Assembly: GCA_020725925.1 (NCBI GenBank) | Contig: DYTN01000007.1 | Span: forward strand, 9,233 to 73,232 | DNA length: 64,000 nt | Reading direction: 5' to 3' | From: Methanobacteriota archaeon | GTDB lineage: Archaea > Thermoplasmatota > Thermoplasmata > UBA10834 | Shown: positions 28,188 through 36,590 of the stretch, piece by piece | Layout of the letters: the number at the start of each line of letters is the position of its first letter | How positions within the stretch are numbered: position 1 is the stretch's first letter | Translations under genes and position numbers: made by a program | Notes under the pieces: model-generated | What the model saw: only the letters and a program-made list of their open reading frames with translations | What the model was told of the DNA's origin: nothing | The model's database searches: none

Positions 28188-30887
28188 TCAACCTTTCCTC
28201 GGATTCACCGCCCCGAACACCTTCGAGAGCCTTTCCATGTCGTATCCGAAGGGCAGGAGCATGCCCTCCACGCCCCTGAGCAGGAGGTCGACATACGCCT
28301 CGGTATCGTACTCCTCGTCGCCGGACATGAACGAGTCGACCTTGACGCGCTTGTCTGGGTCCTTGCTCCTGCAGTCGCATATCAGGAACCTCACTGCCTC
28401 TCCCGGGTTGACATCGAACCCCTCGTTGTCCAGCTGCGTCAGGGCGGCCACGCTGTCATTGAACTGCCTGTAGTCCCCCAGGCCCTGTGAGACCCGCTTG
28501 GTGATCATCAGCTTTCCCAGGGGCACGGTCCCCGACCTCAAGGCCTCGACATAGCCATCCACCACGCCCAGGGACGAGGGCACGAGCTCTATGAACTGCT
28601 GCGAGTCCGAGGCCTTGGAGAAGTGCTCCAGAAGGTCGTTCTGCATGTCCCGGACGAGCTCGATCGTGTCGTGCTTCCTGAGCTCTATGCCGCGTATCTT
28701 GAACTTGCCATCCTCGAACATGCCGTAGTACCTGTTCAGCACGCCCACCCCGTGCGTCCTCCCTGGCAGGAACACGATCCACTTGTACACTCCCTCCGGC
28801 TCGAGCGGTATGCCTATCCTGCCGGACACGTGTTCGCAGAATTTCCTGGGGTCCCCGTTGCCCTTGAGCCAGAGCGAGTCCACGATCCCGTGGAGTATCT
28901 CGAACCCGTGCGCCTCGGCCATCTCGGACGCCTGGAGCATTATCTCCCTCCCGTAGGCGTTTATCGCCTCGTGACACTCGATCCTCCCGAACCTGGCGTT
29001 CCTGTAGCCCGTGTATCCGAAGCAGTTGTGCGTGAGCACGCCGTTCGCGAGCGCGAACCCGTGCAGCGGCTCCGAGACCCCGAGGCAGTAGACATGGTCG
29101 CCCGTCGGCTCCGTCCACCTCCTGGACCTGATGCGGACATGCGCGATGCAGCCCCCGGCCCGAGCCTCCCTGGAGTAGAGCGGGAGCAGCACGGGGAGCA
29201 CATCGCCGCATGCCAGACTCTCTGCGCTGGTCAGCTCCAAATGTCCGCCGCGGAGGACATAGCACGGGTGGTCGGGCGTGAGCCTCAGCTTCGAGCATCC
29301 GAGGTCGAGCTCGAGCACCCGCTCGGGCGCAGGGAACATGAACGCCCTGGTGACGCTCTTCAGTGATGGATTGAGCTGGCCGTCCATACCGAACAGGCTG
29401 AGCCCGTCCGCGACAGCATGCTCCCCAGGCACGCCTCGCGTGTACCTTTCTACGAGGTCCTCCACGGGGCGCACCTCGAACCTGCCGTCCCTGCTGAAAG
29501 GAATCTCGGTGCCGGAGTCGAGGCACGTGACCAGGAGCCACTTGAGTATGTCCACCCGCTCCTTGAACGCCTTCGTGTCCCCGACGCCGTCCCTGACCAT
29601 GCGCTTGAGCCTGGTCCTGCGCTCCACCACGGGCTTGAGCACTCGCGGGATGAGCCCCACCTGCCGGTCGCATGTGCCGTAGCCCAGCACGGGCACCCTC
29701 CTGGTGGGCTCGGGGCAGCAGGGGCACATGATCGTCTCCGGCGAGATGTTGAACCTCACCATGATGTTCGGGTACAGGGATGTGAAGTCGACCTCGAGCA
29801 CGCGGTCGTGTATGCCCACCACGGGCTCGTAGATGAACCCTCCCCTGTCGGCTATCACGAGCTCCTCCGCGGTCTTGAACTTCTCCGGGAGGTTCTTCTT
29901 CCACATCACCACGCACCCGTCCCTGAGCGCCTGGTTCACCTCCATGGCGCTGATGGCGCTCCCGGGCGAGAGCCTCGCCAGCTCCTGCACAGGGATGCTG
30001 GACATGCGGGAGAGGTCCGTGAGCCCCACGAGCCCGCTCTCCATGAACATGAACGAGCTGGACCTGTCTATGTGTATCCTGCCCTTGAGCTTGTATGACG
30101 GGGGCTTGTACTTGATCTGCCCGTAAGTGAAGTACGACTTCCCCTTCCTGTCCGAGCGCAGGTCGTCCTCGTCCCTGCCGAGCCTGAGGCCCGCGAGGCC
30201 TAGCCGCTTCGCCCTCTCGTACAGGTACGGGAACATGAAGGCGTCCCCGTCCTCCGTGTACACAACATCCGGGTCCTGGGCGGCCAGCTCCTCCTCCATG
30301 CCCCTGAGCACGCGCTCCTCGTCCCCGTCGATGGTGCGCTCTCCGACCTTCGCGGAGAGGAGCCTGTCGTCGTATGTGGGTATGCCCTTCCTTGCCCGGA
30401 TGGACACGTTGAGCCGTGTGCTCCTCAGCGGCGGGAGCTCGAAGTCTATCGCGTACGGGTCGTCGAGCATGCGGGGCTTGGGCCTGAGCTCGAGGAGCCC
30501 CATGGGAAAGATGTCCTTCTCGACGAAGTACCTCTGGCTGAACCGGAGGTCCACGTTGAACAGGTCATAGTCCCTGTACTTCCCGCGGCTGTCGACCGTG
30601 TGGGCGACGTCCTCGACCTTGGCGTAGTCCTTGACCGTCACGGCGAGGACCTCGCGCTCAGCCTCCCCGAGCCACGTGCGCTTCATCTCGCGCCCGACTT
30701 TTCCGACCGCATCAAGGATCGGCAGCGCCTTCTCGAGGTCGTCGAGCTTGTCCCTGGAAGCGTGGACGTAAATCTTCGGCAGGAAGGACCTGTCCGCTAT
30801 CCTGTGGGCGCCCCTGCGAGTCCTCAACCAATAGACCATGGAGTTCGTCCCGTAGTCCGGGTAGATGTCGAACAGCCAGCCCCTCAT
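28188..30887 (-). CDS. polB2: Family B DNA polymerase, PolB2 type, containing a mini-intein
   Basis: Motif A VDFTSLYPNIM; motif B KWLLVT|CFGYTGY split by intein; motif C HGIVDSLW (PolB2-type variant of YGDTDS); no clear ExoI motif. Confidence 0.9.
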   Translation of the reverse strand: MRGWLFDIYPDYGTNSMVYWLRTRRGAHRIADRSFLPKIYVHASRDKLDDLEKALPILDAVGKVGREMKRTWLGEAEREVLAVTVKDYAKVEDVAHTVDSRGKYRDYDLFNVDLRFSQRYFVEKDIFPMGLLELRPKPRMLDDPYAIDFELPPLRSTRLNVSIRARKGIPTYDDRLLSAKVGERTIDGDEERVLRGMEEELAAQDPDVVYTEDGDAFMFPYLYERAKRLGLAGLRLGRDEDDLRSDRKGKSYFTYGQIKYKPPSYKLKGRIHIDRSSSFMFMESGLVGLTDLSRMSSIPVQELARLSPGSAISAMEVNQALRDGCVVMWKKNLPEKFKTAEELVIADRGGFIYEPVVGIHDRVLEVDFTSLYPNIMVRFNISPETIMCPCCPEPTRRVPVLGYGTCDRQVGLIPRVLKPVVERRTRLKRMVRDGVGDTKAFKERVDILKWLLVTCLDSGTEIPFSRDGRFEVRPVEDLVERYTRGVPGEHAVADGLSLFGMDGQLNPSLKSVTRAFMFPAPERVLELDLGCSKLRLTPDHPCYVLRGGHLELTSAESLACGDVLPVLLPLYSREARAGGCIAHVRIRSRRWTEPTGDHVYCLGVSEPLHGFALANGVLTHNCFGYTGYRNARFGRIECHEAINAYGREIMLQASEMAEAHGFEILHGIVDSLWLKGNGDPRKFCEHVSGRIGIPLEPEGVYKWIVFLPGRTHGVGVLNRYYGMFEDGKFKIRGIELRKHDTIELVRDMQNDLLEHFSKASDSQQFIELVPSSLGVVDGYVEALRSGTVPLGKLMITKRVSQGLGDYRQFNDSVAALTQLDNEGFDVNPGEAVRFLICDCRSKDPDKRVKVDSFMSGDEEYDTEAYVDLLLRGVEGMLLPFGYDMERLSKVFGAVNPRKG
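29025..29525 (-). mobile_element. Mini-intein (167 aa, no endonuclease) in PolB2 motif B
   Basis: Begins CLDSGTEI (block A), LRLTPDHP (block B TxxH), VYCLGV (block F), FALANGVLTHN then Cys+1 (block G). Confidence 0.92.
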
Positions 30888-31183
30888 CCGTCAGACTCAC
30901 AGCTCCCGAGTTCCCCATCCTGTCCTCCGCCGTTCCTCTTCTCTTCCAGCCTCCTCCTCAGCGCCATGAGCTCCTTCTCGTGCTCCAGCAGCATCGAGAG
31001 CAGGGCCGACTCCGTCGGGTCGAGGCTTATGGCGTACGTGGACGCCGAGGCGTGCATCCTAGCCCTGTTCACGAGCGAGTCGAAGACCTCCTTGTCCCCG
31101 CTCCTGAGCGCTCTCCTGAAGTCGTTCCACTGCTGGGCCATCGATTCAAGGGCCAAGCGGTATGTAGGCACCGTCCTTCCCGT
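30884..31183 (-). CDS. Small helical PolB2-associated protein (arCOG07300-like)
   Basis: GRTVPTYR...W..FRRALR..DKE.FD.L...AR.HA.A pattern; ATGA overlap with polB2; start appears to be ACG at 31183, alternative GTG at 31171. Confidence 0.78.
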   Translation of the reverse strand, partial: TGRTVPTYRLALESMAQQWNDFRRALRSGDKEVFDSLVNRARMHASASTYAISLDPTESALLSMLLEHEKELMALRRRLEEKRNGGGQDGELGSCESDG

Positions 31184-31925
31184 CGTCCTCCCCCCTGTAC
31201 TCGTCAAGGATAGATTGATTCCAGGGCACGGGCGCGAACACGACCTCGCGCTCGGCCCTCGGAAGCCTGAACAGCATGCCCCGCCACCGGGAGCGCATCT
31301 GCACGACCACGTCCGCGTGCTCGTACAGCAGCGAGGTGAGCTTCGGCGCTGGCCGGACCTGGTGGTGCGTGTGGTTCGTCACGAGCGTGACGGTCTCGTG
31401 CTCCTTCGTCACCCTGGATATGCGCTCGGCGCACCTCCTGAGCAGCTGGTGCGACTCGATCCACTTCATGTCCTTGTCCAGGAACATCTCCGTTATCGAG
31501 GACACTATGACGGCCGCTGGGGAGCAGCGCTCGACCTGCTCCTCGAGCTTCTCGTCTATGAGCGTCACGAGCTGGTACGCGGTGAACGCCCTGGAGACGT
31601 TTATGCGAGAGAGTATCTCGCGCCTGTCCAGCCTGAGCCTCTTGCACAGGGAGCTGATGGCGTACGGGTCGATCGTGTTGCCGCCGTCGATCCACACGAC
31701 CTCCTCGTCGAACTGCGATATCGCGCGGATGCAGAGCAGGTGCAGGAGGCTGGTGGCGTAGTCGTTGTCGCAGTCGAACAGCGTGACCTGGGCCGAGCGG
31801 AAGCCGCCCGTGAGCTCGTCTATCTGCAGGACCGACGATTCGAGCACCCTCTCCCGCAGCAGCGGCTCCTCATCGACGACCTGCACGAGGGGGGTCTCGA
31901 ACGCTTCCGTCTTCTGGAGGTTCAA
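31146..31925 (-). CDS. Inactive RecA/RadA-like protein of the PolB2 cassette
   Basis: IDELTGGF, VVWIDGGN..DPY, I.VSRAFTAYQL, VTLVTN; no GKT Walker A; TTG start after GGTGA. Confidence 0.82.
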   Translation of the reverse strand: MNLQKTEAFETPLVQVVDEEPLLRERVLESSVLQIDELTGGFRSAQVTLFDCDNDYATSLLHLLCIRAISQFDEEVVWIDGGNTIDPYAISSLCKRLRLDRREILSRINVSRAFTAYQLVTLIDEKLEEQVERCSPAAVIVSSITEMFLDKDMKWIESHQLLRRCAERISRVTKEHETVTLVTNHTHHQVRPAPKLTSLLYEHADVVVQMRSRWRGMLFRLPRAEREVVFAPVPWNQSILDEYRGEDDGKDGAYIPLGP

Positions 31926-31961
31926 GCGGTGTCACCAGCGACGTATCATCTCGGACCCTGG

Positions 31962-31996
31962 GGTTAAAGCGGTACAGGGGGGAGAAAGGTGAAACT
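31962..31996 (-). promoter_or_regulatory. Putative promoter of the PolB2 cassette with upstream TTTC repeat element
   Basis: Minus strand AGTTTCACCTTTCTC...GCTTTAACC, about 40-70 nt upstream of the TTG start. Confidence 0.5.
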
Positions 31997-32209
31997 AGTC
32001 AAGACGATAAAATCCAGCAGGCGCATTGGTGGGGGTTGTCGTCGTACGGTAAATCTCAGCTAGCATTCAAACACCTCGGGTTCCCAGTGCAAATCCGGGC
32101 CCTCGAACATCTCAATTCTCCCGACTGCGTCGACATGTCGTTCGACGTCGTATTTCACATCGCGAGCACAACATCCATAGCTGGGAAAGACGATGCTCGC
32201 AAATGAGAG

Positions 32210-33016
32210 ATGGCGATGAAGTGCCGGAATTGCGGGGCCGAAAACCCGGACCATTCCATCTTCTGCGGGAGATGTTCGAAGCAACTGTCAGTTGAGCCGG
32301 GGTCGACTAGAGTTGACACTGATGAACAAGCTCACATCCTCCCCAGAATGGAAGAGAAACTGGCACAATCAAGGCGAAGAGGAAGGACCCTTCAGTACGC
32401 ACTGATCATTTCGGTCGTGTTGGCTCTCGCACTTACTGCAGTCGTTGCGATGTTCTACATCGAAGTGGTCAACCAGAGGGACGCTGGATACAGAGCGCAA
32501 TATGCTACCGTCCTAGACGTGATCAGGGTCGCGCCAGTCCTGAACCACACAATTCACCACATGATCTACAGCCATGATCTGTACTACGGCAATTCAAGCT
32601 ATGAAAGGCAAGTCCGGTTTGCCTATGGCGATTTCGCAGAGGGCACGCTCCTACAGCTTTCTTCTGAGTGCAGATCGATATCAGCTCTCTATGATGTCGG
32701 GACAGAGAGGAATTCGGTCTTCTCGAACCTATCTGACAGCTTCGCTGTTTTCGCGAACGCCGTACACTCCGGGTATTCGAGGTTGGATTGCGGGTTCCTG
32801 GAACTGGGCAGCAACTACACGTCTGAGATGGAGAACGCTTCTGTTACCATGGTCAGAATATGTGCACTGCTCTCGGACGGGGTGAGACCCGACGTAGATG
32901 GCCTCGAGAATCCTTACGATGTCCTTGCTGGGATTGAGCTGGCTGAGGTCGACCACTACTCTGCTCGCGTGTGTATCGCCGCATCATATGCTTGGCATGC
33001 ATTTGACCTACCTTGA
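32210..33016 (+). CDS. Zinc-ribbon, single-TM membrane protein
   Basis: MKCRNCGAENPDHSIFCGRCS, one TM helix, helical C-terminal domain; lower GC than flanks. Confidence 0.72.
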   Translation: MAMKCRNCGAENPDHSIFCGRCSKQLSVEPGSTRVDTDEQAHILPRMEEKLAQSRRRGRTLQYALIISVVLALALTAVVAMFYIEVVNQRDAGYRAQYATVLDVIRVAPVLNHTIHHMIYSHDLYYGNSSYERQVRFAYGDFAEGTLLQLSSECRSISALYDVGTERNSVFSNLSDSFAVFANAVHSGYSRLDCGFLELGSNYTSEMENASVTMVRICALLSDGVRPDVDGLENPYDVLAGIELAEVDHYSARVCIAASYAWHAFDLP

Positions 33017-33349
33017 TGAGAACTATCTATCCTTGATCACTTCCGTGCTTCGGCATAGCACCCGTTGGGGAGGAAGGGCGCCGATACTCCTCGCCTGTGG
33101 GAAGGGGGCTGTGTACGTGGTACTCGTCTTGTTCTATTGAGCGAAGCAGGTAGCTCCGGCTGCTGGTGGGTTCTTGGTCGACAGACGAGCTCTGGTATGC
33201 CGCAATCTCGGATTGGTGGCGCATCCTCGCGCCACACGCTGAACCGATTGCTGTGTCGGCCGCTGTTCAGTCCCATCTAGAAGGGCCATTCTCCGAAGGG
33301 CAAATCCGAAAGCCTAGAAACAACATTCACCCCAACGGAGGGTGAAGAG

Positions 33350-33487
33350 TTGGTCAGTGTGTATGAGTGCAGTGTGTGCCATGTCCTGTTCGGGAGACAT
33401 GCGCCTCAGTGCCCAGTCTGTCACCATGGAGCACTAGCTCTGGTCGGTTCTCTCTTGCCTGAGAAAGGGCATGAACAACACCAGTGA
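33350..33487 (+). CDS. Zinc-finger microprotein (45 aa)
   Basis: Manual translation MVSVYECSVCHVLFGRHAPQCPVCHHGALALVGSLLPEKGHEQHQ; TTG start 4 nt after GGAGGGTGA; two CxxC. Confidence 0.6.
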   Translation: MVSVYECSVCHVLFGRHAPQCPVCHHGALALVGSLLPEKGHEQHQ

Positions 33488-33687
33488 GCGGCATCCTGGC
33501 GCACTCATTCAAACCCGGGAAGACGAGGAAGGCCTCGTCCGTGGATTCAGTATACCAGACCTGCGGTGGCCCATCTGTTGCCCGAGCCTCGATGATAATT
33601 GCCACAACTATGTTTAAGTAGGCTTAGGGCGCTTTTCGCCCAACGGTTCCACGGGACCATCAGGATTGTTGGGAAGGGCAGAGGACA

Positions 33688-36540
33688 ATGGCCCCCAGGT
33701 CTTCATCCAGGAAACCACCTCCGGCTAGGCTCTCCTCTCAGCGCCCCTCGTCCGAGCAGATCGAGTCTGCCGAGGTGAGGCGCTCCCGGAAGGCGGCAAT
33801 ACTGCAGCTCAAGATAGGACGCTTGGCGCACACGATCGGGATAGCTTCTGCCCTATCACTCGCACTCACAGCCGTCATCGCGTATGGGCTGATCAACTGG
33901 GATTTCCTGCGGGACGCCCCCGAGATGCTCACGATCCTCAAGTGGATAATCCCATTGGTCGCCGGAGCTGCGGTGGCCGCTGTGGCAATCGCCGTCAAAT
34001 GGGAACCATATGTTGCGGACAGGGAAGAGCCTCACTTCGTATTGAGCATAGTTGCGTTCGTGGTCCCTGTGTTCATAATCACGCTCATAGTGTTGGACGA
34101 GTACGACTACGTCCAGCTAGGCAGACCCGATTGGCTCTATCCAGTGTCCCTTTTGGGCGTGTGCCTTACCGAGATATCGCTCGCGATGGTCTGGGAGGGC
34201 AACAGCTCCAGGAGGACCATCAGCGTCGTCTCCGCCATGTTCCCGGTCGCACTGCTCGTGTTCCCGATGGTTTTCCACTTCACTCCCGAGGAGCTCGCCA
34301 GCATATTGCCCATGGCCTATCTTGGCAGCGCCGTGGCGATCCACCTCAGCGGAGCAATGCTGCACATCATCGCCAGCTCGACCTCCGTACAGCAGCGGGA
34401 GGTGCTCAAGGCGAGCGACAGCAAGCTCAGGGAGCAGCTCCAGGAGCTCGACAAGAAGCGGCATGCGCTCGTGTACAGGGAGGACGCGTTGCGGTCCAGG
34501 GAGTCCGACCTCGAGAGCTATGAGAAGCGGCTCTCGGACGAGATGGCCTCGATTGAGGAGAGGAAGCAGCAGGTCACTGCCACCGAGGCCGAGGTGGAAC
34601 AAAGGCTGCAGCACGTGAGGCAGGAAAAGCAGAGGCTCTCGACGCAGCAGTCAGAGCTCGAGAGCCAGAACGAAACCCTCCAGCTCAAACTGGCGGACAT
34701 CGAGGCCCAGAAGAGGGAGCTTGAGAAGCGCTTCAAGTCCGTCGAAACTAGGGATCAGGCACTGCTTGGGAGGGAGCGCGACTCCAGCAAGCTCGTGCTC
34801 GAGATACAGGCGCGCGAGCGCGAGGTGAGGAACAGGCTCGCGGACGTCGAGAACGAGGAGTCGATGCTGGACAGCCTGCGCAAGGAGCTCGACGCGATGC
34901 AGGGCGCGCTCGCCGAGAGGGAGAAGCAGATAGGCGTGCGCGAGAGCGCCCTGGACATGAAGACCCTCGAAATAGCTGCGGCGAGGGAGCAGCTGGGGCA
35001 GGTGACTGCGGAGAAGAGCACGGTCAAGGGCCTCGAGCAGCAGCTTCTGATGAAGCAGGAGTCCCTCACGGAGAAGGAGATAGCGCTCAAGGCGCTGGAG
35101 GACGAAATCCGCCAGAAGTCCGAGAAGGCCGAGCGCCTGGCAGTCCGCGCAGATAAGCAGATTACCGAACTAGTTGAGAAGGAGGGCTCGATCCTGGCCA
35201 GGGAGAAGGCTCTGGCAGATGGCGAAACCAAGCTGAGGAGCGAGCTCTCAGGACTCAGCAACCGCCTGCAGGAGGTCGAAAGCGTCCGCGGGCTCATGAG
35301 CGACAAGGAGAAGCAGTACTACACCCTCACCGAGACCACAAGGACCAAGCTGTCCTCCATTGAGGCCAGGGAGGAGGACATGGTCCGCAAGATGCTCGCG
35401 CTGGAGAAGCGGGAGGAGAAGATCAAGGAACTCGAGTCTCGTTTCAGGCAAGAGCACGAGACAATCAACACCAAGCTCCGGCAGCTTATAGAGAAGGAGA
35501 AGGACCTGAAAGCCCATGAAGCCGAGCTCGGCCTCAAGCAGGCAGAGCTGAAGGCGATGGAGCGCGAGATCCTCGAGAGCGTCGAAGAGGTCGAGGAGGT
35601 CAGGGCGGAGCTGCCAGCAGAGGGGGAGGACGAACGAGAGAGGGCACTCGCGTACCGGGAGCGCAGGTTCGTCGAGCGCGAGCGGGAGGCCAAGTCCAAG
35701 CTGTACCAGCGCGAGAAGGAGCTCGAGAAGCGCGAGCAATCGCTGAGGGCGCACTTGGCCAAGGACATCGAGGAGATGGAAGAGGCGGTCCAGGAGGAGT
35801 ACTCAGGCGAGAAGGTCAAGACAGGCATTGACCGGCTGGACGACCTCATGATGGGTGGTATGCCGTTCGGGTCGAACGTGCTGTGCGTGGGCCCGCCGTT
35901 CATAGGCAAGGAGGTCGCGATGCTGCTCTTCGTTGCCGAGGGCCTCAAGAAGGGCGTGCCAGCGATCATAGTCATCACATCGAAGAACCCGACGGAGATC
36001 GCGAAGGAGATGGCTCCCATACTGCCGACCTTCAAGGAGTTCGAGCAGCTGGGGCTCGTCTGGTGGGTCGATGCGTCGGGCATGCAGCCGGGCGAGGAGG
36101 GCATGGCCGAGGAGGCTCATGTCGTGACGGTCGACAAGCCGGGGAACCTGAGCGCCGTGCAGGGCGCGATCGACAAGTGCGTCTCGGCGCTGAAGAGGCA
36201 GAAGCACCCGTACCTCAGGCTCGCCTACATGTCCCTTTCCATGAGCATCACGCAGGCGGACGAGAAGAGCGCCTTCCAGTTCGTCCAGACGCTTGCGGGA
36301 AGGCTGAAGCAGGCAGGAGCGGTGTCGGTCTTCGCCGTGGAGAGGGGCATGCACACGGAGCAGCAGCTCGAATCGATTCAGCACCACATGACCGGAGCCA
36401 TCCAGTTCAAGACCGACAAGCAGAAGACGCTTCTCAGCATCCAGGGCGTCGGCGACGTCCAGACCAGAGACTGGGTCGAGTACAAGCACACGAACAAGGC
36501 CCTTATGATCGGAGCATTTTCGCTTGAGAGGATAAGGTAG
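33688..36540 (+). CDS. Membrane-anchored long coiled-coil protein with C-terminal KaiC/RecA-like domain
   Basis: About six TM helices (aa ~45-230), E/K/R-rich heptads (aa ~235-705), KVKTGIDRLDDLMMGGMPFGSNVLCVGPPFIGKE KaiC-like start. Confidence 0.85.
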   Translation: MAPRSSSRKPPPARLSSQRPSSEQIESAEVRRSRKAAILQLKIGRLAHTIGIASALSLALTAVIAYGLINWDFLRDAPEMLTILKWIIPLVAGAAVAAVAIAVKWEPYVADREEPHFVLSIVAFVVPVFIITLIVLDEYDYVQLGRPDWLYPVSLLGVCLTEISLAMVWEGNSSRRTISVVSAMFPVALLVFPMVFHFTPEELASILPMAYLGSAVAIHLSGAMLHIIASSTSVQQREVLKASDSKLREQLQELDKKRHALVYREDALRSRESDLESYEKRLSDEMASIEERKQQVTATEAEVEQRLQHVRQEKQRLSTQQSELESQNETLQLKLADIEAQKRELEKRFKSVETRDQALLGRERDSSKLVLEIQAREREVRNRLADVENEESMLDSLRKELDAMQGALAEREKQIGVRESALDMKTLEIAAAREQLGQVTAEKSTVKGLEQQLLMKQESLTEKEIALKALEDEIRQKSEKAERLAVRADKQITELVEKEGSILAREKALADGETKLRSELSGLSNRLQEVESVRGLMSDKEKQYYTLTETTRTKLSSIEAREEDMVRKMLALEKREEKIKELESRFRQEHETINTKLRQLIEKEKDLKAHEAELGLKQAELKAMEREILESVEEVEEVRAELPAEGEDERERALAYRERRFVEREREAKSKLYQREKELEKREQSLRAHLAKDIEEMEEAVQEEYSGEKVKTGIDRLDDLMMGGMPFGSNVLCVGPPFIGKEVAMLLFVAEGLKKGVPAIIVITSKNPTEIAKEMAPILPTFKEFEQLGLVWWVDASGMQPGEEGMAEEAHVVTVDKPGNLSAVQGAIDKCVSALKRQKHPYLRLAYMSLSMSITQADEKSAFQFVQTLAGRLKQAGAVSVFAVERGMHTEQQLESIQHHMTGAIQFKTDKQKTLLSIQGVGDVQTRDWVEYKHTNKALMIGAFSLERIR

Positions 36541-36590
36541 CTTATACCTCGAGGGCTCTCTGTCCTCACGCAGGGCCGAGGGTCTCACCG

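Noticed and set aside
33290-33330. c-di-GMP-I riboswitch-like string GGGCAAATCCGAAAGCC
   Set aside because: Lacks the GGACGCAAAG segment and paired stems; resemblance is superficial.
33354-33605. 83-aa minus-strand ORF with His-rich tail
   Set aside because: Overlaps the better supported plus-strand CxxC microprotein that has a strong RBS; no recognisable motif.
34400-35800. DNA tandem repeat or SMC/Rad50 ATPase
   Set aside because: Repetitiveness reflects coiled-coil amino-acid bias; there is no N-terminal ABC Walker A, hinge or zinc hook.
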